Below the pieces are notes generated by a model. That model was not told the origin of the DNA, ran no database searches, and saw only the letters and a list, made by a program, of their open reading frames with translations. A stretch of DNA of 61,205 nucleotides, filler included, from Collodictyon triciliatum (taxonomy: Eukaryota), in the NCBI GenBank assembly GCA_043381765.1. It is 9 parts of 9 records of this genome, joined end to end, with 100 filler letters (N's around TTAATTAATTAA, not from the genome) between each part and the next. Parts side by side here need not be neighbours in the genome. Positions count along the whole stretch, not along the records: positions 20,449 to 27,160 come from JBHJMP010004294.1; positions 27,261 to 33,970 come from JBHJMP010004295.1; positions 34,071 to 40,786 come from JBHJMP010004296.1; positions 40,887 to 47,595 come from JBHJMP010004297.1; 5 more parts are not named here. The stretch is one strand, 5' to 3'. This document shows positions 23,901-43,740 of this stretch, in pieces. Position numbers and translations under genes: made by a program. Every line of letters starts with the position of its first letter. The stretch's first letter is position 1.

Positions 23901-26900
23901 CTGGTATAAAAATGTTGATATATTTTCATAGAATCTTAAGGAGAGGAAATGAAGTTTTGAAGAATTCTGATATTGACTTTATATCACAAATTTAACTTCA
24001 ATGTTCAAATGAAATCCTTAAAGAGAACCTGAATGGTTCTATGAATAGCTCGAGTATGAAAGAGTCCTGAAACAGAGGCATCGATTTAGACTCTGGAGAA
24101 CCGGACTTCATTTCCCTCATCTCAACTAGTTGAGAATATGATGTGCAACAAAGGCGACTCAGGAATCTGGAGTTGTTTTCCTCGTGCTTGGTGTGATAAC
24201 TAAAGGTAGAATAAGTTCCATAATTCAAGAGGAAATAATAGCCCCTTACTCATAAATGTCTGGTCTTGATATGTGCTATGATTTGGAATGAAATTTTTGT
24301 AAGGAAAAAATTCTCAAACTTAAAATAATTACTCGTTTATCTCATGAGCCAAACTAAGGATGGCGGCCCTTGTTCGACCGTAGTAGAATGTTGTAAAGTA
24401 CAGAATACGCAATTCCCACGGAGGGGTCGGGTCCTCCAGATATTTCGTACGCCGAAGCTTTGCATTTTATCAACATGTCATTAGTATACGAATTGATCTT
24501 GAATATCATATAATATGTAGTAAATAAATATCACAACAAAGAATGCCCGCTAAGTTGGAGTATTTGGATCCATAAGCATTTAGAAAGAATAAACAAACCA
24601 AAAAAATCAAACAAGCAAAACGGAATAGAGAAAATATGATGTTTGCATGCAAGAAGGAGGAGCAAGAACGAAAATATTTACATTATTTTGGAATGACTGA
24701 ACAAATCCATTCCTTATTGACCCAACAAGCTGTTCAATCGATTCAGTCAAGGTACGGAGAGAATGCAACAGATAGGCGTGATCTTCTTTGGACATAGTTT
24801 GGCGATGTAGAGTGCCCACGAGTTGTGCCATGATATGGATGTTGGTAGTGCACTTTGCAAAATTGTCTCTCCAAATATCACGCATGGACCCCCACCTTTT
24901 AGCAAAATGCAATAATATCAACATCAATTGAGCGTGATAAGGCAACCGATGGCAGTATTTCTTTTTTGTACATCGCAATTTGGAAAGGAGAAAAAAATAA
25001 GTTTGACAGTAAGGTCATTGCATATTATCCAAAAAATAATAATTAGTTGATGATTTTTTTAAGCAAAAGAAAAAAAAAACGTAATAGTGCAAACCAATGC
25101 TCGATGGTCTCATCGCTGCATTGTCGAGCTGAGAATCCACTCAGGGTCATCATGAGCACAAATACGTGATCCAACAGTATTTTAGATCTCTAAGTATATT
25201 TTGGTTATCAGCGAATTCAAGTTATTTCAAACCATGCTGATCATTTCGTCAATAAATAAACATATCTGAATGAATTTCTGTTGAAAAGAGGAAAGTACAT
25301 ATCGCCTACATAGAGTATAGGAGACCAATCACTCGGTTTTGATGAGAATGGCTCATAGGCAAGGTATTCCATCAAAGTGTTCAGCCTCATAAATCGTGTG
25401 TTTACTTTTCGAAGCAACTGTCCTTTTGCTTGAGCCGCTCTTTCGTAAACAGACTGAATAAGAATGCAAAAGATCGAGATGATTCAAAGGTCCTTGACAA
25501 TTTTTTTATCTTCTATTTACAGAAGCCTTTCACTAAACTGGAGAGTTAACATAATGCGTTATTCAGAATGAAAAAGCGGTAGTATTATTATGCTCCTTTT
25601 ATTTTTTGGCTCACTTTCTCTCTCTTCGGACGGACACCCACGCGAGATAAGAACTCAGCTTCGGTGTACAAAACCGCCGCGTGTTCTCCAACACCACCTT
25701 TCGACAGCATTCGGGATGAAAAATCTGTTAACATCGTCCCAATGTCACTGATGCAGACCGACAACTCCTGTAAAAGGGTACTGTTTAGTAAACAACACAT
25801 ATTTGAGGGCCAAGGAAACCGATATGTCAGACTGATATTTCAAAGGGTATTCGTTAAATCTCTTTCATTCATAAGCTTTCAAAGTCAATATTCTTTAATG
25901 AAAAAAAAAAAAAGGGAATACATTCTGTAATTCAGATTCAGAAAACGTAGGATAGACGACGAGAGCTGTGGCTGTTGTGATGATTCCTGCAGTCAACGTG
26001 GACATGAATGATGGTATGCACAGGTTGAGAGCAGATTCCCATGTAAGCCATTCTTCAGGAGACTGTATTTGTAAAGTACGTTTTATCATTTATAATTGAT
26101 TATCAAGGAGTAATAGCATTGCGGGATTATCAAATAATGGACTCAATAGATCACACAATCAAAAAAAAATGAAACCATTTACACATATTAAATCAATATT
26201 CGTAGTTGTTATCGTAAGAACTTCAGTTTTTTTTTTGTTTTTTTAGCAAATAATCTAGTCTGTTGATGGTATGTGTATTTGATTAAATTTCGGTAGATAA
26301 CCTTGACGATGATATTTGGCATGGCAAGATTTGCATTGATGGCCACCAACAGAATGCTAGGACTTAGTTTCAAGGTATTGACGGGAACACTGACCAGTAT
26401 CATCAAGGTGACTATTGCAATTTGAATTGGTTGAAAAAATCAAAGATAAAAAAAAGAAAAGAGTCATATATCAAGGCAAAGAATCCAGCATCAACGCGGT
26501 GTTTTGTAGCTCATAGTCCCATGAAGGCGAGTATCATCACACTAGTAAATAATAGCATAGTCAAATCAATTACTCGATGCAAGTTTATACGGCCCTGTAA
26601 CAGCGAGTATTGCCACAGAGATCAAGCAGCCCATCACTGAACCCCACAGTAAAGTGATGCAGCATCGCACAGTTGCACCAAACTGGAGATCCGATGCTCC
26701 AATGCCGGCGGCAACCTTCCCATGATATCATCCAATCGATGATTATTCTTTGGCTTCAACATGATGAAAAGAATCCGTTCCACAGCCAAGTCTTTATCAT
26801 AATCAAGAGGTGTATATATAAATGTGAAAGGAAGTTGCGTGCAATAGAATGATAGCAAAGCCAGACCAGATGAATGATTGGAACCAAACATGACCCAGGA

Positions 26901-28504
26901 AACGAAAGCGGCTCCAGAACGACAAAGAGCATCGCCAAGATGTGGCCGACTGTCCCTCGAACAGCACGACGAAAACTCGGCTCTGCCTTCAATTCTTCCC
27001 AGCGCGCCCCAAGGTTCATCTGCCCTATAGGTGTTGAAGAGAGGGAAGGCGAAGTTTTATCGAATAGAAAAGAAAAGAAAAGAAAAGAAAAGAAAAGAAA
27101 AGAAAAGAAAAGAAAAGAAAAGAAAAGAAAAGAAAAGAAAAGAAAAGAAAAGAAAAGAAANNNNNNNNNNNNNNNNNNNNNNNNNNNNNNNNNNNNNNNN
27201 NNNNTTAATTAATTAANNNNNNNNNNNNNNNNNNNNNNNNNNNNNNNNNNNNNNNNNNNNAACTTTTTCCCAAACCCAAAAAAAAAAAAAAAAAAAAAAA
27301 AAGTAAGAAAGGGGGCCTTTGATTGATGGCCAATTTTTTTTGTTTCAGAGATGAAAAAGGTTTATATAAAAACACCTGTCAAATCGGGAACCCTTGGAGG
27401 CCTTTTTTGTTTCTTTGCCTGTAAATTATTTAATTGATGTTTAAAATTGGGAATATCTACTATTATACTTTTTCATCGTCATGTCAAATAGCTCGGTGGA
27501 TGGAGTAAAGGTTGTATTTGATAGTGTGCATCACATGCACCCACGTCATCACCAAGTAATATTACTCACAACTATTCTGGAAGCCAGCTCTGGGTGATCG
27601 TCTTTCTCTCCATGAGGAGCAATATCGCTGATGTTATTTGTAAAGGGATCGTCATCATGCAAACCAAGGGAGTCTGTGTGCCCGTTGTAGTCGTGATTAT
27701 GCCGTCTAATTATAATATTTGGGATTCCGCCGAGATTGCGCTTTTCTGGTTTATAAGGTTCCACGCTATTAGCATTCAGCATATCGGGTGAAGGCAAATG
27801 AGTGAATTCAGTTGGCACAAGCCCTCCGTTGTGATCTGCAAAGCTTTCTGGATGGGACTTGGACCTTCTCATCGTAAGATTTTGATGTTCATCGCGAACC
27901 ACAGGGCGTATCGTATCAGGCGAGGTGTTTTGGGGTAGTAAGAAAAGTCTGCTTTGTCCGAGATTTCCATAGGAAAATGGAAAGTCGTCTGACGTTCCCA
28001 CCCCTGATAATTGCCATGTTAAAGAATGGATAATACTTTATAATTCGGAGATAACTAGGTTAAGACTATTTAATTCTACTTAATTCGAGAATTTATTTGG
28101 CTTCCAAGAATTAACTGCAATATATTTTAATTATTTTTTTATTCCAATATAAGGATAGAAGGCTATACAGTACCTATAGATGAGTGAACTTTGTCTTTCA
28201 CTTCCGGCTGCTATCGTTTATTAAAAGGGAGGAAATAGAGAAATTACATGTCTTGTTTAGGGCATTTATGAACATCTTAAAATTGATAAGTTACCTTGAT
28301 ATTTAGATATTCTGCGCTGGGGTGTAGCAATGAAACAGAAGTTGTAGAGTCTATTTCATGCCTTATATTGCCCGTGTTGATTGCGTCTACATGGCCATTT
28401 GGTTGAGATACTGCCAGCAAATCCTTTTCTAAACAAACTGCAACAGCCACTTCTGGTTCAAACTGAGTCGATTGGTGTGTTGTGTCTACCGAATTGATTG
28501 TCAT
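20912..28504 (-). CDS. ALMT/FUSC-family (aluminium-activated malate / aromatic acid exporter-like) membrane transporter with a long disordered N-terminus, many exons
   Basis: Two membrane modules: FRRAVRGTVG...QFGATVRCC...GSVMG...VVYPTFS, and WSYITVVLVFQRAVESTVFKA...TLTLVIACQY...RCTSIIGGCL...NQIIWPFWGADAVR. C-terminal LRFFAYLYA motif. The exons splice in frame across the spacer at 27161-27260. Confidence 0.8.
27067..27160. repeat. (AAAAG)n intronic microsatellite
   Basis: Direct tandem repeat. Confidence 0.95.
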
Positions 28505-28632
28505 TTTAAAAAAAATAGATTGCTGTTGATGATACACAGTTTAATCGTTTAAAAATAATCGTATTTTAAATCAGGTAATTCCATTTTTAACAATAACAAC
28601 AATAAAATAATAGTGATGATTTTTTCGACAAA

Positions 28633-33843
<5,211 letters not shown>

Positions 33844-34070
33844 TACAAATGAATAAAAGCACATTTATTACGAGTAAGGTCTCGCAAATCATGCCTGAAA
33901 AAAAAAAAAAAAAAACCTAAATAATTCCAAAAAAAAAAAAATTACTCGAAGAAAAAAAAAAAAAAAAAAANNNNNNNNNNNNNNNNNNNNNNNNNNNNNN
34001 NNNNNNNNNNNNNNTTAATTAATTAANNNNNNNNNNNNNNNNNNNNNNNNNNNNNNNNNNNNNNNNNNNN

Positions 34071-34870
34071 ACACCCTACAAAAAGTCAAAACATCAACGG
34101 TGGGGAGAAACACTGGGCATCACCCACACCCCGCTCACCGCAAGCTGGAGACAAGCACGAACCCCGCAAGTCCTTCCAAATCACCGCTCTCCAATGCTTA
34201 ATATCACCAATAGGGAGCTATGGATAGGCACACGCGCGGCAAAAGCTGACAAAGTCTCCTAACAATGCACACTTTGCAGCAACGGTGATGAATCCATTGA
34301 GCATACATTTGCGCAATGTCCTTTCGCTCAAAACCTGCGCGAAACAGCCGGTGAGATTCTTCGACTGACACTCAAGACGGCTGCGGCTGTTGGGCCCAAT
34401 CCAGGCAATATTTGGGCCTCTGCAACAGCTGCGCCCAGATGCAAAACCATTCTGGGCAGTGACGCGAGGCCATTTGCTATGGACTATGTGGATAGCGCGC
34501 ATACACTCATGCAAAGCAAGACTCAACAACCAGCCACCCATTCCTGATAACAGGCTGAATGACATCATACAAATCTCTTTCCTCAACAGCTTTCTTTGAC
34601 ACCTGCACGTTCTCTACTACTCAGACTCTGTGAGAAGAGACATGTGGAAAGAAGCTGAGAAGGAGATTAAACCTCGACTTGTCTCTCATGCAGTCACAAG
34701 ACCCAGGCTACAGGCCAAACCGCAGGATGCAATTCCTGATTACCGACTGCTTCTCCACCACCCGGCCACCAAGTAGCGTCCATGCAAACAATTGCTAGCG
34801 AACCAAAGCCAACATCTCCACCAACCCGCACAAAATCGAAAGGAAGAATAAAAAACTATTACATTACAGA
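34071..34870 (+). mobile_element. 3' end of a degenerate L1/Tx1-clade LINE (ORF2 C-terminal zf-RVT knuckle, 3' UTR, tail)
   Basis: QCTLCSNGDESIEHTFAQCPFAQ (CCHC zf-RVT) followed by LLWTMWIAR, with an in-frame TAA and a frameshift. AATAAA is followed by an ATTACATTACA tail. Confidence 0.8.
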
Positions 34871-35040
34871 CTAAGATTCTCATCGTTTCCTGCGCTGGGG
34901 ATTGCCGATGGGTAAGGGCAAGTGATCAATTACCGCTGAATATGTTTTTACTATAGTTGTTAAATTTTATCAATCGCAGACCGTATCAAAATATATATTC
35001 ATATTCACTATTATTTTTCACATATATAAACCATATCTAA

Positions 35041-38000
35041 ATGACCCACATTGCCTATGGGATAGAGAAATTGGTTGAGCTTTGACCAAAAAGAGAGAAA
35101 AATTTATCTTTAATGACCGCATCCCCTACGACTGAAGCTGTTCATTTGTCACCGGAAAGGTAATGGTGAAGTCTTTTAACCATTAAGTTACTTCTATTTC
35201 AAAAATGATAGTTTTTTATACTCAGCATATGATGTAATAATTAAAATGAAATTGATTTGATCCACATCATTGATAGTTCACTCGAGTACTCGCTATCTCC
35301 GAAGAGGAGGATGAAATATGCACGATCAAAAAGGCGGGAATCTATTTACTGTTATCGATAAATGCTTTCACTTTTTTCTTTTTTTTTTAAATTAATCGAT
35401 TTTCTTCTTTCAACTTGAAAAATTGTTTCCGTTTACTAATCCATATCTAAATTTTCAGCAGATTATAAGTGATAGCTGACATACTTGCATACTGTCTTCA
35501 ACAAAGGCATTAGAGGAATTGGTAAGAGTAATTTTATGATTTGTTGAGTAAAATCCAAATAAACATGAATGATTTATTATTAAATTAGTTACTAGAATAT
35601 ACTTCAATATTTTAGAATCATAAACAAACGAAAATCCTTTCTTATATTACAAAGATAGTTATTCTTTCCACGAGGCACCCTAAGTCACAAAACCACATTT
35701 CGATCAGTCGAATTCAAGTATGATACACTTAAACAAACTTAGTCCTCATAAATTTTGGTTTTGTGATTCTAAGTAAACGACGGAGTCCGTTTTTTTTTTT
35801 TTTGTTATCTTGGTAAATTCTTTCATTTACCTTCATAGGGCACAGACAAGATTGGATGTGTATGACTTAAAAGAAAAGATGTTCGAAAAACAAGGGTGAT
35901 TGAATTTTACGACATGAAAAGATTTTAAAAGAATTATATCCATCTTTAAATATGCAAATTCCGGCAACTGTAATTATAAAATGATCTCAGGGTGGACTCT
36001 AACAAGAGCTTTTCATAGTAGCACCTCACGAACTATCAAGAAGGGCTCATTTTTCAATTTCATCGCACAGAATACTCTGCGCTCACATTTTTTTGGTCTT
36101 ATACAAGTCATACAGTGAGTTTTGATTGTTTCATTTTTTAGAAGGTATATTTATTTTATTTATCTCATAGTTTTTACTCTCAGCATGTTGAAAAAAATTC
36201 AATACATAAAAAAAACTCATAAATAGAATATTCATCGCACATTCCACGGGAGAATGGAATCTTTAGACCAGATTTCATATGCATTGTAGTAGTAAAACAA
36301 TATGGTTTTTGTCAAAATTTATCATAGAACAAATCTGCTATGTTTTACTCCTAGAAAAGAAAACATGATTAGAGTGATAAATTTCATGACAGAAAATTGA
36401 TCACATGATTGATATTCAACAATAGAAAACAAAATATGCACACACTTAGTTTCAATTCGTCTAGCAAAAAAATAACAAAATGTTTATCAATTAAAATTCA
36501 TTCTATGCCAAATGTCTTTCATTGATAAATGATTCTATCTGGCTACATCAAGAACCAACTGGAAAATCATATTATTTTATTCAACACACCATATTTAAAG
36601 TTATTTATTCATCTTCAATCGGAAACTGTTCAAACTCAAGTCATGGACAAAACTCAGACACAGTCGAAAATGGAAGGAAAAAAAACAAAAAAAAATCCGT
36701 GGGAAAGGGAACTGTTTCGATATACTACATGGAGGAGGATGGGATGGTGGGTTGGCGGCTCCTAGTTTTCCCGATAGTCTGAAGTAAAGGTCTAAGAACG
36801 TACGGTGGGTGTGTTGGGTTGTGTTGTGTGGAAGTAAGTATGTCTTCGTCCAATCTTTCAAAAAATACCAATAATTCAAAAAACTATAATGTTCAAATCG
36901 AAGGGGACTGAGAAATCACTTTTCTGCGGCTACTACAAATTCAAGGTACATACGAATATATAATTGTGAGCTGCCACAAGATTTTAAGATGGGTACCTGG
37001 TCACCAAATTAATTTTCTTTATACATAGATTCAAGAATCAAATAAAAAAGTCTTTTGTTTGAATTGGAGGAAAACGCATCTACGCTACAATTCCACGTTG
37101 ACAGTAGCCAATAAGTAATCTAAATGTTTTACATATTAAGATGAATGTCTTAATTTGTTTACTAAATCTTCTCAAAACAGTCTCCATTCTCTATGCTTAG
37201 GTTTCCCTAGCGATGAAAGAACTTTATGTCATACTTCTAGATTTTCATACCTTTCATGCAAAGTTTAAATATTTCAGTTTTTACCAGAAAAAGTCTAACT
37301 TGAGCCCCCACCATGCCGTCCGAATTTGTATCAGGGATCGTATTTAATTATGTATACAATTGATAATTTCAGCGGAAATTGTTAAGAGAGCTGGCTAATA
37401 GTATTGTATAAGCCATGAACCCGCACCATAATGAGATACGTCAGACACCACCCCTCTATCCGGACACGTGAGAATATAAACAATGAACTGACACTTCCTA
37501 TACAGCCACTCAGTTCGAGAACTTTTTACCAACATATGGAGGCTTATTATATGGTGAGCTTTGCCCTCATGTTTATATAATGTTTCTCTATAAGATTCAA
37601 GGAAAAGGGTTTTCCATTCTCATTCTACCCATGTAAAAATAATCTCTTTTTTTCCAGGATTTGTAGGTTTGAGTATTTCCAAATAATCCACACACTCCTC
37701 CCCTTCAACTCAACATGCGAGATGAAAGCGTATATTTTCACATCTGGAACTGATGACTGAACCGCCATTTTTGCAGACTGAACACGCCCTTTTTTCTGTG
37801 AGTATTTCTTAAATGTACTCACATGACTCATGTTTTAACACCGATTATAAAATAAAAAAGATTTTTTAAAATATACTGAATTATAGGGAGCTGATTCGAT
37901 TTACCTTCACCGCGTATGCGTCAAACTCTGACAATGTGGTTCATTTTCTTAAAATATGCGTGTTTTGAAAGTTAGACTACTCTATGGGTTATGAAGTCAC

Positions 38001-38300
38001 CTGTCTTCTATCATACGTTTAATCATTAAAATACAAATTTCATATTCTTACTTTTTTTCACTTGACCCACATTGATACAAAGCAAATATTCTATATTATA
38101 TTGATTTAAAATGAATAGATGCAAGAAGTATGTAGATCTGTCGAACCATTTCCAAAATCTACTAATTTATGATGGACCAAGTTTCTTGATTATTGCAATC
38201 GAAATTTTCATTTGTAAGTATTCATAATATATGTAGAATATGTGCTTGTTTTCTTTTGGTCCAGATTATGGCTCCCAATTATCTACAATTTTCAATTATG
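35041..38300 (+). pseudogene. Unidentified multi-exon coding remnant with in-frame stops
   Basis: A series of AG/GT-bounded, higher-GC segments read as protein (e.g. FTRVLAISEEEDEICTIKK; FKEKGFPFSFYPC...TDD*TAIFAD*TRPFF) but contain several stops. Confidence 0.35.
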
Positions 38301-38954
38301 GAAAGGTTATCACTAAAAAACTTCCATTTACATTTTGATGCCGTTCCTTGAGGCTAAGTATATAAGTAGCGGAATTTATAGGCCTTATTCATTGGCTGTT
38401 GGATTATTTGAGATGCATATTTTGTATTAATGGATTGATTAACAAAATCAGAATAATTTTTATCAGGAAAATTCAAGCATGATTAGGCTAATGGGTCGAA
38501 ATCATCTAGATTAATTATTTCTTTGTTTTCAGATAAATTTTACAAAAATAACATAATGCAATATATATATATATAAGTAACTACAAGAGTCATAAAAGGC
38601 TACATCTCTAATCATACATACATTATTTTACTTTTATTTTTACTTTTAAATATGAACTTAGTTAAGGATTCATTACTTTATACCATTTGATAGTTGAAAA
38701 ATAAGATTTAAATCAAAAGTAGAGGTTTAGTCCACACTATTATATCAACCAAATATATTCATCCGAAAAATTCTATTAATAATAATCCTTTATAGTGGAG
38801 TAATCATAAAAATCAAAAGTGAGAGGAGATATGACGAGTCGATTTATCGTATTGAATCAATTAAAATTTCCAAACAAAGAGAATAACATATGAATATAGT
38901 ATATTATGAAGTCTTCTTAATCCGATGAATTATTCGCATTCTATCAACAGAAAG

Positions 38955-40786
38955 ATGTTCGAGCCATCACCAAGCAGACAATCTGACGCCGCCAACCAGC
39001 AAGAATCTGGAGACCAGAAACTTATGGAACCAACACAAGAACCCGCACCGGCCGATGAGAAAATCCAAAGAGGCTTGATTCCAGGCGCAGTTTATTCTGA
39101 TGACGAAGGGAGATGGATTGTTGTCTATGATAACAGAGTCTTGAGAATCTTCATGTCCTCCACGTTTCGAGACATGCAAAAAGAGAGAGACGAGTTCTTT
39201 GCAAAGGCCGAAAAAAAGGAACATCGTTTTGGTCAATTACAAAATTCATGATTATATGTTTGTATGTTCGGTGTATTGATGAATCAAAAAATTGTCCCAG
39301 ACTCAAAGATTTTGCCAAGAAAAAGAGTGTCATTGTTGTTTTCATCGACTTGCGCTGGGGACTGACCAGTGAAACATCTGAAAATGGATTGGTAAGAATC
39401 ATTCAAGTTCTTTCTTGATTTTTCTATTTTTCATTTATTTTTTCATCAGTTTTAAATTATCACGATTATGAAGGTCGTTATCAGCTGCCTTGAATCTATC
39501 GAGGAATGCCCATAATTTTTATGCACGCTCGGCTCACGTTGCGGCTGGTCACCAAACCATGAAAACCCATCTGAATGGCATCCAGACACGGACTTCAAGT
39601 TTCCATACCTCAAGGAAATTAAGGGTCTCAGTGTGACTGATTATGAGGTTCATTTATACTTTATATCCACTTGAAGTCAAATATTTGTATTTATCACTAT
39701 TAGTCTCTAACATCAATAATATCAAATGGATTGTTCACGGCGCTCTGAGAGAAAATCCTGTTGCCCGACGTGCACTCTTCTATTCCCGAGACGAAGAACA
39801 TGCAGTCAACCATGTTACTGAAATCGATGCAGAGCGCGCATTATATCGCCCAGTCGATGAAAAGGATGAAAGCAAAAATGACTTTATACCATTTCGCTTT
39901 TTTATGATTTAATAATTTAAAAATGCATATGAACCTTAATTTCAGAGAGAAAACCAGGATGGATTTAAAGAAAAGATTGGAAATGTCTTTGAAGTCAAGC
40001 CATACAAGACACCCCAGCAGCTCGTCTCGATGATGGTTGATGATTTGATGGAAGCAATCGACAAGGATTTTCCAGACCAAGAGATTTGGTTTCAAAGAAA
40101 TTTTAAGTATATTCTTTATTATTATAGCATTACGATATTTTTTGGTTATCTTAAATAATAAGATCAAAAACCTTGCAGCATAAAAATCCTGAGGACATGG
40201 CGCATGAGCAGTTCATGTGACATCGGCTGATTGGATTGGAAGGAAGAGACACCATCTTGGCCATTTTGAAGGAGAGAGCGATACTGCAGCTCGATACTGA
40301 TGATTCCGATATTACCGTTGTTGGAGCAGAGTCTGGTATTGGGAAATCGACGATTATGAGCGGACTGGTTCGTGACCTGAACGCGGGCAAAAAGTCGAAT
40401 ATAGTAGTCATCTACCACTTTGTCGGTTGCTCAAACCTGAGTAACTATGTGGAAAAGTTAGAATAATCAAACAATCTGATTATAAACTCTATAATTGGGG
40501 CTATAAATTAATCACCATTCGTTATAGTTTGGTTGAGCGTGTAGCTCGCATTCTTGTTGAAAACGAAGCAATCGAGCTGAAACTTGACTCAGAAGAAGGT
40601 TTATTTGTCAAAATGATATTTGTTTGATTTTTAAATATTTTTAATTCAACGTGTTACATAAGCATTCATTTTTGTTTTATGTCTTGTTGTAGGGAAGGAG
40701 GCTTTGAAGAAGGGACTAGACCACATACTCAAGCTTGCATCAAGAAATGAGTCGATTTCAAATATCTCATTTTTTAATTAAAGAAA
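38955..40786 (+). pseudogene. DUF4062 + NACHT/P-loop NTPase (TEP1/NWD-like) gene, apparently pseudogenised, 3' truncated
   Basis: RIFMSSTFRDMQKERD, FIDLRWG, CLESIEECP*FL..LGSRCGW, SVTDYE|IVHGAL, Walker A GAESGIGKST, IYHFVG. Lesions include TAA 39513-15, TGA 40218-20, mutated acceptors and a probable frameshift. Confidence 0.8.
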
Positions 40787-41081
40787 NNNNNNNNNNNNNN
40801 NNNNNNNNNNNNNNNNNNNNNNNNNNNNNNTTAATTAATTAANNNNNNNNNNNNNNNNNNNNNNNNNNNNNNNNNNNNNNNNNNNNAACAAACAAACAAA
40901 CAAACAAACAAACAAACAAACAAACAAACAAACAAACAAACAAACAAACAAACAAACAAACAAACAAACAAACAAACAAAAGAGAACAACACTCTCTATA
41001 AACCTGCTCTGCGCATCGGCTGGTTAATATACTTTCTCAGAGCTATGTCTTGTTTGTCTCTTGCTGTCATCAGGCTTCGCC

Positions 41082-42271
<1,190 letters not shown>

Positions 42272-43353
42272 GCGCGTGCCTCACGAATCATTTATGCTTT
42301 CATGTTATTTTGTCAATGCGATGAGACTTATAAAATCTGTGATGATGATAATAATGATAATGATAATAATAATAATGATAATAATAATGATAANNNNNNN
42401 NNNNNNNNNNNNNNNNNNNNNNNNNNNNNNNNNNNNNNNNNNNNNNNNNNNNNNNNNNNNNNNNNNNNNNNNNNNNNNNNNNNNNNNNNNNNNNNNNNNN
42501 NNNNNNNNNNNNNNNNNNNNNNNNNNNNNNNNNNNNNNNNNNNNNNNNNNNNNNNNNNNNNNNNNNNNNNNNNNNNNNNNNNNNNNNNNNNNNNNNNNNN
42601 NNNNNNNNNNNNNNNNNNNNNNNNNNNNNNNNNNNNNNNNNNNNNNNNNNNNNNNNNNNNNNNNNNNNNNNNNNNNNNNNNNNNNNNNNNNNNNNNNNNN
42701 NNNNNNNNNNNNNNNNNNNNNNNNNNNNNNNNNNNNNNNNNNNNNNNNNNNNNNNNNNNNNNNNNNNNNNNNNNNNNNNNNNNNNNNNNNNNNNNNNNNN
42801 NNNNNNNNNNNNNNNNNNNNNNNNNNNNNNNNNNNNNNNNNNNNNNNNNNNNNNNNNNNNNNNNNAAAAAAAACGTGTACCATCCTTAAAACAATTATCC
42901 AAAAAAGAGAAACGTACTTGTCATGGTGTCATACAAAGGAATATCCCTTACAAATATGACACCTATCACATTCGAAACCAATACGAAGAAGGAAATAAAC
43001 TGTAAAAAAANNNNNNNNNNNNNNNNNNNNNNNNNNNNNNNNNNNNNNNNNNNNNNNNNNNNNNNNNNNNNNNNNNNNNNNNNNNNNNNNNNNNNNNNNN
43101 NNNNNNNNNNNNNNNNNNNNNNNNNNNNNNNNNNNNNNNNNNNNNNNNNNNNNNNNNNNNNNNNNNNNNNNNNNNNNNNNNNNNNNNNNNNNNNNNNNNN
43201 NNNNNNNNNNNNNNNNNNNNNNNNNNNNNNNNNNNNNNNNNNNNNNNNNNNNNNNNNNNNNNNNNNNNNNNNNNNNNNNNNNNNNNNNNNNNNNNNNNNN
43301 NNNNNNNNNNNNNNNNNNNNNNNNNNNNNNNNNNNNNNNNNNNNNNNNNNNNN

Positions 43354-43390
<37 letters not shown>

Positions 43391-43740
43391 TGAAACGATG
43401 GTTCTCCACAATTTCAGTCACTCCATGTTGATTGTTCTGCGGGGAGAAACGACATTATAGTATACATATGTCTCAAAAAAATAGCAGGATCGGTTCGCGC
43501 TCTTCGCATCTGAACTATATAAAATGAGGACAATTATTTCCAGAATTAACAAAATTCTCATAAAATGTGAAAAGTATTTGTGTGCAGTCATACTTTGGTT
43601 TCAAGAATGAACTGCGCAATTATTCTGTTAAAGTTCAAAGAGTATTGTAGTTCGCGCATACAAATGAGATTCAGTGGATTAAAACCCAGATATTACTTTC
43701 TATCACTTCTCATATTACGAGGTTTTCTGCAATTTTATGT

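Noticed and set aside
26414-26573. Apparent hydrophobic exon with an in-frame TGA in the transporter
   Set aside because: The whole stretch is one canonical GTAATT...AATAG intron (KLAS|ITLMILV is in frame).
35400-40220. Stop-codon reassignment (TGA=Trp/Arg, TAA=Tyr) suggested by in-frame stops
   Set aside because: Intact genes use TGG for Trp and end in TGA or TAG. The stops are confined to regions that also have frameshifts and broken splice sites, i.e. pseudogenes.
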